Assembly: GCA_964016885.1 (NCBI GenBank) | Contig: OZ024741.1 | Span: 149,110,001-149,174,000 of the forward strand | Reading direction: 5' to 3' | DNA length: 64,000 bases | DNA from: Eledone cirrhosa | Taxonomy: Eukaryota | Part shown: positions 1-12,523 of the stretch, piece after piece | How positions within the stretch are numbered: the stretch's first letter is position 1 | How the letters are laid out: every line of letters starts with the position of its first letter | Translations under genes and position numbers: made by a program | The notes under the pieces: model-generated | Told to the model about the DNA's origin: nothing | Databases searched by the model: none | The model's input: the letters and a program-made list of their open reading frames with translations, nothing else

Positions 1-320
1 GTAAGTTTTATGGCCAGTGATAGCATGGAAGAAGGAAGAGTGGATATATTGTGGTGAGTAATAATGAGAATTGAGAAGTATCTAGGAAGAAAAGGTACAG
101 ATTAGAGGTTAGAAATTAAAAGAAAAAAGGAAAAAGGAAGAAAGGGAAGTGATAAATAGGAATGATATAGAATGGGTAACTAGTGTTATATAATGTATAA
201 TAAATAACATTGAAATAAGGTAGAAAGATGGGTATATTTTTAAAGAAATATATATATATATATGTGTGCCTTTGAGAAAAAGGATTTTAAATTGGTAAAG
301 TATTAGATATTAGCTGTATG
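1..320 (-). mobile_element. Penelope-like element 3' UTR remnant, related to 53574-56267
   Basis: Similar to 54240-54730 (e.g. tgaaataaggtagaaagatgggtatatttt...tgtgtgcctttgagaaaaa...tattagctgtat). Confidence 0.7.
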
Positions 321-879
321 AACTGTTGACCTTTCAACATGACTGCAATTCACACACACATCCCTACTGACCATTATCACAACAATGAACCTCTTTACTA
401 CACACACACACACATACATATTTGTCTTAAAAGACTTATTTTTCAGTGACTTCTCAATCAGGCGCAAAATGACACTCTTCGACAAACCTACATTTGGCGC
501 AAAATCAATTTTTAACATTCACGTGACCTCTACCGACCAATCAAAATTGTTTTGACCACAAGAATTTTTGCAACACGAATTGGCGCGAAACTTATTTTAA
601 TACCTCTGGAGCCACTTTTTTCACATAAAACAGGTAGAATTTCCAAAACTAATCAGATTAGAGCAAACATCACGGGCGCTCTATCTCAAAATTATTTTTG
701 AAAAGCATTAGAAATGGGCAACAGGTAAAAACTTAAAACTAAAACTGAATACTAACCAATACTTATTACTAATTTATATTTATTCCTAATTAAACTATTT
801 TTCACTGGGAACAATTTGTCAGCATTTTCTTTTCCTTTTACCAATATATCACAACTCGTGTGTTACACCTCTATTCTTT

Positions 880-923
<44 letters not shown>

Positions 924-1010
924 TAACCCCACTATCCGGGAGCTTCCAACCGACATGGTCATATTCTTTAAGGGTATGTCAATATTTGTTTATAAAACTG
1001 ATCTATATTA

Positions 1011-1075
1011 TATTTTATCTGATGAAAGCGCACCATAATTTGCTTCGGTGTCCTTGAAATATGTATAATGAAATA
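1011..1075 (+). ncRNA. Type I hammerhead ribozyme (PLE type)
   Basis: tattttat-CTGATGA-stem II (aag..cacc/ggtg..ctt)-GAAA-tatgta-TA^atgaaata. 8-bp stem I, near-palindromic stem III, predicted cleavage after 1067. Confidence 0.8.
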
Positions 1076-1558
1076 AATATGGTTTTATAAATATAGTATA
1101 CATTTGTTAATATATTGTATTTTTACTCCCAAAATTTGTTGAGTGCTTTATATCAGTTATAAAAATACTTGCTTGTTGTATCCCAACAAATTAAATATAA
1201 CTTCTACATATATATATTTATCTAAGCGCTCATATATTCACCTAGCTTATGCTAACAGAATAACTATGAACCTTGTTTCCTTCCTCTACGGTTAGCTCTA
1301 CTCTTTGTTGTTTTCCTGTCTCACTCGCTTTACGCGTTTTAATTGTCCTAATAACTTAATTTAGTTATTATTGCACCGACGTGAGGTATATGATTTTTAA
1401 TGCAATGAAATATCTATGATCGTCGGCAAATCACTGATGAGGGACTTATTTTATTACATGTTATCCATGTGCTACCAGCAGTATTTTTCTCCCCATTTTA
1501 TCATATATATATACAACCATGTTACTCTTCATTCTTTCCCTATATATACATTTGTATA

Positions 1559-1670
1559 ACAGTTTCTGAAGATCTGATCGAGCTAGCACTGTATTTGAAA
1601 TTGAGTGGCACTGCTTTTAGTGTTCAGCAATTTTTAGACAACTTTATCAGAGAAACAATTGTTAGACTGT
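1559..1670 (+). ncRNA. Type I hammerhead ribozyme with a long stem II insert
   Basis: acagttt-CTGAAGA-tctgat...atcaga-GAAA-caattg-TT^agactgt. 7-bp stem I and palindromic ACAATTGT stem III. Confidence 0.7.
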
Positions 1671-1887
1671 AAATAAATCCCCTTTATTGTACTCTTCCCC
1701 ATGTTATTCTCAACCTTTTCAATTTTATTACTCCAAAATTAACTTACATAGGAATACAAATGAAATCATAAACACGCCATCTACGTAAACATCTTGTTGA
1801 GTCAAACAACGCCGTACGCTAAAACTATCTATAATAATAAGTATTCACAACCTCTAACTGGATTATCTGTAACGATATTTTGTTATC

Positions 1888-2570
<683 letters not shown>

Positions 2571-2727
2571 GGGATACTATTTATGGTTATGTATATATTA
2601 AAACTTTTCATAGTTATGTATATTTTAAACCCTAAACAGTGAAAGACAGTAATTTATTACTACCTTATTACCAGTAAGATAAATAGCTCAATGTAATAAC
2701 ATCAGTTGTTCTACAGAGCAGTTATAT

Positions 2728-3110
2728 AGAATTCACAAGAATCAAAGCTCTGTTCAAAGCATTTATTCCCTTACAATTGTTTCATCCAAACCTAGGCTTG
2801 GAGTCTTCGGACCATTTTTCAATGTTTGTACACATAATTGACCTCCTTTCCAACGCAAGAGACATACAGATACACATATATATATTGATGTACAGTGGAG
2901 TGACATATATTATACTATACTATTTTTGTACAGCAATTCAAATTCAAAATCAAAATCAAAATCAAAATCAAAATCTGTATGTCTCTTGCGTTGGAAAGGT
3001 CAATTATGTGTACAAATATTGAAAAATGGTCCGAAGACTCCAAGCCTAGGTTTGGATGAAACAATTGTAAGTGAATAAATGCTTTGAACATAGATTTGAT
3101 TCTTCTGAAT

Positions 3111-3113
<3 letters not shown>
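2728..3113. repeat. ~140-bp inverted repeat (2728-2871 / 2973-3113) with a hammerhead-like motif in each arm; probable PLE terminal fragment
   Basis: Arms are reverse complements with few differences. Motif CCGAAGA-c-tccaagc-ctag-gtttgga-t-GAAA-caattg-TA at 3031-3069; stem I pairs poorly. Confidence 0.7.
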
Positions 3114-3171
<58 letters not shown>

Positions 3172-3471
3172 GCGATTTAAGGATTTACAGAAACCCAAGA
3201 AGCTAGATTTACCATCTTTCTAGTGGGTCCGGGTAAGCTTTTTACATTCATATGATTTATTGATTTATTGATATTTTATCTGAGTGACCCGAATCTTCCG
3301 GATCGTAATTTTTCGGTCGTATGGTTGATTTTAGACATAATCTATGTGTGTTGGTATTTTAACGATAGTTATAGCTCTGATTTATCTGAATTATTGAGCC
3401 CTCTGCCACTCATGTCGAATTTTGTTTATCGTGAACTCGTGCGCCGATTTTTCGATACTCGATTATTCTAC

Positions 3472-3503
<32 letters not shown>

Positions 3504-3508
3504 CATAT

Positions 3509-3610
<102 letters not shown>

Positions 3611-3727
3611 ATACATATTTATATATATATATATACATAGCTTGAGACACGATCATTGTGTGGATCTGCCTGATTCTGGATTAGCAGGTTCGACGGACAC
3701 GTCTAATGATTTCGGACCAAATTGTTT

Positions 3728-3776
<49 letters not shown>

Positions 3777-3779
<3 letters not shown>

Positions 3780-4578
3780 GGAGGTGAGTTTTATTGTAGT
3801 ACAATAAAGCAATGCAGATATCGGATAAGAAGCACTCTACAGTTTGTAGGACTGGAGTATACATAATACACAAGAACAAAAGATGGCCAAAGGAGCTCCA
3901 TGTATCTCACTATGCGCACTTCAAAAACAAACATCATCATGCAATAATATTTGTGTTTTCATCAGATAAAACAGGAGGTATATTTAATGTTTTTGTCTTT
4001 CAAGGACCATATGAGTTCTGAGAGAGCCGTGTTGGTTCTTTTAAGTTTGTATTTAAAAGAACCAACACTTAAAAGAACCAACACGGCTTGAACAGTTCTC
4101 TATCTAAAATCTGCAATCTCTGCCTAAATGAAAAATTTACCATTATCTCTAATCTAGATTCTTTAATAAATAGACGCACTGACTTATTTTCTATCTGCTT
4201 GCATAAATTCCATAAAACATTTCACAAAGTATACAGCTAATATTCAATTCTTTATCAATTTAGAATCTTTTTTCTCAAAGGCACATATACATACACCTCT
4301 TTTAAAATATACCCATCTTCCTACTTTATTTCAAAGGGTATTATACACTCTATAATACTTGTTTACTCATTACCCTTACTCTATTTCACCTTGAAAAATC
4401 CTTCGTAAACATATACATTTGTTTTGACGCCAGATTATTCATCCTTAATTCATTATTTTTTTCTCCCTATCATCTAACTCATTATTCTCAATACATATTA
4501 ACATTTTCTTTTTCTTCGCACATATTATCAATTCCTTCAATATACAAACCTTAACTTCACATTTTTTTTTTCTCTTCG
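3777..4578. mobile_element. Rearranged fragment of the Penelope-like family at 53574-56267: pLTR (-), GIY-YIG piece (-), then C-terminus plus 3' UTR (+)
   Basis: 3777-3978 matches 53574-53678 and the reverse complement of 56120-56267. 3979-4060 matches 54912-54993. 4088-4578 is the reverse complement of parts of 54050-54873. Confidence 0.85.
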
Positions 4579-4586
4579 TTAATTTT

Positions 4587-4704
<118 letters not shown>

Positions 4705-4740
4705 AATATATATATATATATATATATATATTAATATATA

Positions 4741-4937
4741 TAACGAAGGAAATGTGGTAAGGAACCAGGTGGACCATAACGCACCAAAGTACTCAATACT
4801 TGAGGTAGTAGAGTGGGTAATAGGAACCAGTAAGACCCCGACAGCTGAGCTCAAGCCGTTTCGACGGCTAATTCAGTCCAGAATTAGCCGTCGAAACGGC
4901 TTGAGCTCAGCTGTCGGGGTCTTACTGGTTCCTATTA
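4741..4937. repeat. PLE-like terminal fragment ending in a perfect 57-bp hairpin (4818-4874 / 4881-4937)
   Basis: Perfect inverted arms with a 6-nt loop, embedded in (TA)n. Contains gtcGAAACGGCTT, which resembles a hammerhead 3' half. Confidence 0.75.
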
Positions 4938-5058
4938 ATATATATATATATATATATTAATATATATATATATATATATATTAATATATATATATATATA
5001 TATATTAATATATATATATATATATATATATATTAATATATATATATATATATATATA

Positions 5059-5139
<81 letters not shown>

Positions 5140-5290
5140 ATACTTTGGGAGGGTCATGTTGCCAATAAGAAACACACGCACCAGTTGCTTTCACTTCAAT
5201 TTAATTTAATATATATTTATAAATTTACAAATTTATAAATTTCTGGTTGGTTGGTTGGTTCCACAACCAGATAGTTGTTTATATATATAT

Positions 5291-5335
5291 AGTCATAGTT
5301 CTTTCGTCACACACTCTGTGACCTCTTCAGTGACT
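5291..5335 (-). ncRNA. Type I hammerhead ribozyme in the PLE pLTR, with an extra nucleotide after A9
   Basis: agtca-CTGAAGA-G-gtcaca-gagtg-tgtgac-GAAA-gaac-TA^tgact. Confidence 0.8.
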
Positions 5336-6477
5336 GGGGATTTCTTTCTTCGTTTCTGTGCCTTTCCTTTCTTCTATCCTACGCCATTTTGTTTGTGTGT
5401 GGGTTGCGTGCTCAGTTTGCGCATGCGCCACATCCGGGTGTCTGTGTGTGTTTGTGTTCATTTTTCTATTTTTCTATTTATATTTGTTTGTTTATTTATT
5501 TATTTATTGTTGGTTGGTTGTTTGTTCTATGTGTGTGTGTGTTTTCATTTTGTCTTGTGTGTGTTTTCATTTTGTGTGTGTTTTCAATTGTAAGTTGTTT
5601 ATATATGTGTGTGTGTGTTTTCATTTTGTCCTTAATTGTAAGTTGTGATGTTGCTGTTCCACTCATATTTTCTATTTAATTTTGGTTTTAATTCTTTTAT
5701 GCTTACTGCCTCTGTAATTTGCCTAAACATTGCGTCTTTCTTGTGTGTGGATTCTATTTTTATTTCTATGCTCTCTAATTTACCCCTGTGTTCTATCTTA
5801 GCATGTTGGTAGAGCACAGATGATTCTTTACTATCTTGGAGGTCTCGCCAGTGTTCATTTATTCGTTCCCCTATACTACGAGCTGTCTCACCTATGTACA
5901 CTATATTTTTGTTTCTACATTGTCCCTCAGTACATCTTATGCTATATACTACATTTCTAGTTTTACAGTTAATATGGGGGCTTATTTTACAGGTTATACA
6001 TTTCTTATCTATACATGAGGGTCTTTGGAACGGGTATGTCTTGCTAATAAGTGTTTTTACGGAGGTACCAGGTCTTTCTACTATCTTAATATTGAGATTA
6101 TGTTTCTTTAGGGCCCTTCTAAATTTGTAGGCTAGTTCACCTCTAGGGGTTGTATTGATGAACATTACACTCTGGTATTTATTGCTATCATACCATGAGT
6201 TTATTCTATTGGCCTTGTTCTTAGTTCTTTCTATTCTATTCCAAAATTTGCTCCTATACAAGGGGCAGGTCCCATTTATGTCATTATTTACCATTTTTTC
6301 CCATTTGGTTCTGGCTCCTTTATACACTCTGATTCTATCTCTCTGATTGTAGCCAGAGAATTGCATACGGTGGATGAAGTGTTGTATGTGTCTCTCTAGT
6401 TCTTCGGGGTTGCACATGCGGGACACATTTCTCATCACCCGTATCAAATCCGCAATCAGTATGTTGATTTTGGTATG

Positions 6478-7987
6478 TTACCTAGACACTTATGACCTTA
6501 GCAACCTGTGCCCTACAAGACCAGCAAGAGGCAGACCACCTACCATTACCTCAATGGCCAAGAAAACCCACACAGATAGATGGAACGGGTGGACCAGAGC
6601 CATACGGACACCCGAAAACCACGATGAACTGAAGAAAATGATTGCACATGCGGTAGGGGCCAGCATAAAATTAACCCTTAAGGAACATATGTTCAAATTT
6701 AATGGTAAAACATATGCCCAAGAGGAAGGAGCAGCCATTGGTGTTAGCATTGCAGGCGACATAGCTAACTTGTTCATGGTATGGTGGGACAGTAGACTTA
6801 AACAAAAACTTAAAGAACAATTAGAAGACAGATTAACCCTGATAATGTACTCCCGCTACGTAGATGATATAAACATCGTAGTTAAGACACCCCCACTAAA
6901 GAACAGTCAGGAACCTGAGAAAAACACAATGGAAAGCATCCAGCAAATAGCAAACTCCATCCACCAGAGCATTAGAGTTACTATAGACTACCCAAGTAGA
7001 CACCCCAACCATCGATTACCTGTACTAGACACAGAGCTCTGGTTAGATACTATTAACAACCAAAAACAAATCCTCCATTCCCATTATGCCAAACCCATGA
7101 CTTCCAAACATCTGATCCACCGAAACTCGGCCATTTCGGACCATACCAAAATCAACATACTGATTGCGGATTTGATACGGGTGATGAGAAATGTGTCCCG
7201 CATGTGCAACCCCGAAGAACTAGAGAGACACATACAACACTTCATCCACCGTATGCAATTCTCTGGCTACAATCAGAGAGATAGAATCAGAGTGTATAAA
7301 GGAGCCAGAACCAAATGGGAAAAAATGGTAAATAATGACATAAATGGGACCTGCCCCTTGTATAGGAGCAAATTTTGGAATAGAATAGAAAGAACTAAGA
7401 ACAAGGCCAATAGAATAAACTCATGGTATGATAGCAATAAATACCAGAGTGTAATGTTCATCAATACAACCCCTAGAGGTGAACTAGCCTACAAATTTAG
7501 AAGGGCCCTAAAGAAACATAATCTCAATATTAAGATAGTAGAAAGACCTGGTACCTCCGTAAAAACACTTATTAGCAAGACATACCCGTTCCAAAGACCC
7601 TCATGTATAGATAAGAAATGTATAACCTGTAAAATAAGCCCCCATATTAACTGTAAAACTAGAAATGTAGTATATAGCATAAGATGTACTGAGGGACAAT
7701 GTAGAAACAAAAATATAGTGTACATAGGTGAGACAGCTCGTAGTATAGGGGAACGAATAAATGAACACTGGCGAGACCTCCAAGATAGTAAAGAATCATC
7801 TGTGCTCTACCAACATGCTAAGATAGAACACAGGGGTAAATTAGAGAGCATAGAAATAAAAATAGAATCCACACACAAGAAAGACGCAATGTTTAGGCAA
7901 ATTACAGAGGCAGTAAGCATAAAAGAATTAAAACCAAAATTAAATAGAAAATATGAGTGGAACAGCAACATCACAACTTACAATTAA
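6478..7987 (+). CDS. PLE reverse transcriptase (partial) + Cys linker + GIY-YIG endonuclease
   Basis: GAAIGVSIAGDIANLFM, YSRYVDD, LPVLD, C-x4-C-x2-C-x7-C, NVVYSIRC...YIGETARSIGERINEH. The first ~35 aa of the listed ORF come from the inverted arm. Confidence 0.9.
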
Positions 7988-8283
7988 GGACAAAATGAAA
8001 ACACACACACACATATATAAACAACTTACAATTGAAAACACACACAAAATGAAAACACACACAAGACAAAATGAAAACACACACACACATAGAACAAACA
8101 ACCAACCAACAATAAATAAATAAATAAACAAACAAATATAAATAGAAAAATAGAAAAATGAACACAAACACACACAGACACCCGGATGTGGCGCATGCGC
8201 AAACTGAGCACGCAACCCACACACAAACAAAATGGCGTAGGATAGAAGAAAGGAAAGGCACAGAAACGAAGAAAGAAATCCCC

Positions 8284-8483
8284 NNNNNNNNNNNNNNNNN
8301 NNNNNNNNNNNNNNNNNNNNNNNNNNNNNNNNNNNNNNNNNNNNNNNNNNNNNNNNNNNNNNNNNNNNNNNNNNNNNNNNNNNNNNNNNNNNNNNNNNNN
8401 NNNNNNNNNNNNNNNNNNNNNNNNNNNNNNNNNNNNNNNNNNNNNNNNNNNNNNNNNNNNNNNNNNNNNNNNNNNNNNNNNNN
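8284..8483. other. Assembly gap (200 N)
   Basis: Run of N. Confidence 1.
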
Positions 8484-10253
8484 TGTTACTGAGTACCGCC
8501 AAAGGTCTCGGTCCAGTGACATTGTCTTGGAGAGGTGTAAGTGTGTGATGTCGGAGTTTATCAGCTCGTCCCAGGTTTTTCTAGGTCTGCCTATTCCGTG
8601 ACTACCGTCTATCTTTATTGCACTGCACTTTGTTATACAGCTATCGACTTTCATGCGCATCACGTGTCCATACCAACGTAGCCTTCTCTTGAGTAAACAA
8701 CATCTGATCCCTCTTATCTCTAATTTTATTTTTTCTTTAGTTCGTTTATGCTTTGCCGTTCACGTATATTACTGTTACACATCCAGCGGAGCATGCAAGC
8801 TTCGTTCCTCTCTAGTCTGCGTATATCCTCTGCACACACCGTTCCAGAGGCTTTCAGCATCTCAGCAACTATTTCCGAAGGCCCAGCCGCCTTACCCTTC
8901 TTCATATCTTTGATTGCCTTACTTATTATACTACCTTCGACTAACACTGCTGGTCCCTCTATTGGGTCGATGTGGGGAGACTGTCTTTCTCCCATTTATT
9001 CTCCTCATTTAGTAGCCTTTCGTAGTGACACTTCCAAGCTACCTTCTTATCAGCGTCGGTGATGGCAAGTACGCCATCATCGTTAAGTACACACTTCTCC
9101 CCCACAATATCACGGTTTTCCTTGACACATTGGCAATCCTGAACACCTCACGTTTTTGGTCCTCGCGTAGAACATGCTTGAACTTTCTTTCCTCTGCTTC
9201 CCTTCTTGCGAAGTACACTTGTCTCCTAGCTTCCCTCCTGGCCACTTGATAGTCTTCTCTACTTCCCTCATCCCGCCATGCTTTCCAAGCCTGCTTTTTG
9301 GCCTTGATTGACCCCTCCACCTTACTGTTCCACCACCATGTTACTCTCCTCCTGCCTACAGGCCTGCTCCAGCCACAGACTTCGTCTGCCGCCATCAACA
9401 GGTTTGCTTTCAGGAATTCCCACTGTTCCTCTACATTGTACGACTCTAATTGCTCTTCCTTACTGTCGAAAGCATCAAGTAATATGCTTTGAAATTTATT
9501 TCTGGCTGTGGGATCCTTTAGCTTCCATATTTTTCTCCTGAGGATAGTCCTCTTCTGCTGTCTAGTACGTCTCGTCCTGACTATGAGGTCGCTAATTATC
9601 AGTCTATGTTGGGAGGTGCATTCTTAATGGGGGAGGGATTTAGTGTTTACAACAGACACTCTGTCACGTCTTCTGGTGAGGATATAATCTACCTGGTTGG
9701 TATGTTCCCCTGATCTGTAGGTGATCAAGTGATTGTCTCGTTTTTTGAAGTTAGTGTTACAGATAGTTAGGTTATTTGCATCACAGAATTCCAGGATTCT
9801 GGAGCCTTCCTCATTTCTAGTACCAAACCCATAGCCTCCGTGGATTCCGTCATAGCCGTCACAATGTTGTCCAACATGGCCATTTAGGTCGCCAGCAATA
9901 ATTATATAGTCACTGTCGGTTATTTGGGAGGTAGTGAACATCAGTGTCTCATAGAATCTGTCTTTTATAGCGCCAGGCAGTCCGGATTGGGGCGCATATG
10001 CAGATATTACTGTCACAGTAGTAATTCTATTTAGAACAAGTCTTATTTTAATTATTCTGTCATTTACTCTATTTACATCTATTATCTTATCCACCCATTT
10101 TTCTGCTAACATGATTCCTACCCCACCTATCCCATTGTCATTTCACACCCAGAAAAGCTTATAGCAACGTTTTTTACCCACAATGAATCTAGCAGACCCG
10201 CCCCTCCACCTGGTCTCTTGGATACAGTAAACATCAACCTCCTTACATATCAA
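8484..10253 (-). mobile_element. RTE-clade LINE, decayed and internally deleted copy of the 12524-15426 family
   Basis: APE motifs (CIQETRW, SAYAPQ, GDLNGHVG, QVDYIL). The junction ASGTV|CAEDIRR removes the RT core. Frameshifts present. Confidence 0.9.
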
Positions 10254-10339
10254 CCTCCTTATGTATATATTTAATATATTATATATATATAATTTATTAT
10301 ATATATATATATAATATATTATATATATATATATAATAT

Positions 10340-11210
10340 TTCGTTTCTGAATTTGTTTAGCAAGATTCTTTATATGAAATCGTGTGTTGAAACCGATATT
10401 GTTATACTTTGGGAGGGTCATGTTGCCAATAAGAAACACACGCACCAGTTGCTTTCACTTCAATTTATTATATATTTATAAATTTACAAATTTACAAACT
10501 TATAAATTTCTGGTTGGTTGGTTGGTTCCACAACCAGATAGTTGTTTATATATAGTCATAGTCCTTTCGTCACACACTCTGTGACCTCTTCAGTGACTGG
10601 GGATTCCTTTCTTCGTTTCTGTGCCTTTCCTTTCTTCTATCCTACGCCATTTTGTTTCTGTGTATGTGTTGTGTGCTCAGTTTGCGCATGCGCCACATCC
10701 GGGTGTCTGTGTGTGTTTGTGTTCATTTATCTATTTGTTTATTTATTTATTTATTTATTGTTGGTTGGTTGTTTGTTCTATGTGTGTGTGTGTTTTCATT
10801 TTGTCCTGTGTGTGTTTTCATTTTGTCCTTAATTGTAAGTTGTTTGTTCTATGTGTGTGTGTGATTTCATTTTGTCCTTAATTGTAAGTTGTGATGTTGC
10901 TGTTCCACTCATATTTTCTATTTAATTTTGGTTTTAATTCTTTTATGCTTACTGCCTCTGTAATTTGCCTAAACATTGCGTCTTTTCTGTGTGTGGATTC
11001 TATTTTTATTTCTATGCTCTCTAATCTACCCCTGTGTTCTATCTTAGCATGTTGGTAGAGCACAGATGATTCTTTATTATCTTGGAGGTCTCGCCAGTGT
11101 TCATTTATTCGTTCCCCTATGCTACGAGCTGTCTCACCTATGTACACTATATTTTTGTTTCTACATTGTCCTTCTGTACGTCTTATGCTATACACTACAT
11201 TTCTAGTTTT
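10340..11210 (-). mobile_element. 3' fragment of the same Penelope-like family (GIY-YIG + pLTR)
   Basis: ORF 10878-11195 is nearly identical to the C-terminus of the 6478-7987 protein; the pLTR matches 5135-5640. Confidence 0.9.
10554..10598 (-). ncRNA. Type I hammerhead ribozyme (second copy of 5291-5335)
   Basis: agtca-CTGAAGA-G-gtcaca-gagtg-tgtgac-GAAA-ggac-TA^tgact. Confidence 0.8.
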
Positions 11211-11239
11211 ATCGATAGACAGACAGACAACCTCAGTTT

Positions 11240-11429
11240 TATATATATAGATTATATATATATATATATAATATATTATATATATAATATATGATATATA
11301 TATAATATATTATATATATATATATTATATATATATATATATAATATATATATATATATTATATATATATATATATATATAATATATATATATATAATAT
11401 ATATATAATATATTATATATATATATATA

Positions 11430-11526
<97 letters not shown>

Positions 11527-11715
11527 TATATATATATATATAATATATTTATAATATATTATATATATATATATAATATATATTATATATATATATATAT
11601 AATATAAATTATATATATATATATATAATATATTATATATATATATAATATATATATATAATATATATATATATATAATATATTATATATATATAATATA
11701 TATATATAATATATT

Positions 11716-11749
<34 letters not shown>

Positions 11750-11757
11750 ATATATAT

Positions 11758-11789
<32 letters not shown>

Positions 11790-11819
11790 ATATATTATAT
11801 ATATATATATAATATATAT

Positions 11820-11883
<64 letters not shown>

Positions 11884-12523
11884 ATATATATATATATAAT
11901 ATATTATATATATAATATATTATATATATATATACATATATTATATTATATATATATATAATATATTATATTATATATATATATAATATATTATATATAT
12001 ATATATAATATATTATATATATATATATAATATATTATATATATATATATATATATAATATATTATATATATATAATATATTATATATATATATAATATA
12101 TTATATATATATATACATATATTATATTATATATATATATAATATATTATATTATATATATATATAATATATTATATTATATATATATAATATAATATAT
12201 ATATATATATAATATATTATATATATAATATATAATATAATATATATATATATATAATATATTATATATATAATATATTATATATATATATAATATATTA
12301 TATATATAATATATTATATATATAATATATTATATATATATATTATATATATATATATATGATATATTATATATATATATATATAATATATTATATATAT
12401 ATATTATATATTATATATATATATTATATATATATATATATATATAATATATTATATATATATATATATATAATATATATATATATAATATATTATATAT
12501 ATATATAATATATTATATATATA
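11240..12523. repeat. Long interrupted (TA)n tract (units like tatattatatatatataa); continues at 15427-15988
   Basis: Read directly; the same motif occurs on both sides of the RTE insertion. Confidence 0.95.

Larger units (their letters stand above)
5135..8283 (+). mobile_element. Penelope-like retroelement, 5'-truncated, with an inverted upstream copy (5336-6477 = reverse complement of 7142-8283)
   Basis: RT and GIY-YIG ORF on plus, mirrored 271-aa ORF on minus, hammerhead in the pLTR. The right end runs into the N gap. Confidence 0.92.

Noticed and set aside
1434-1440. Isolated CTGATGA motifs (also near 33018 and 58114)
   Set aside because: No matching stem II, GAAA or stem I.
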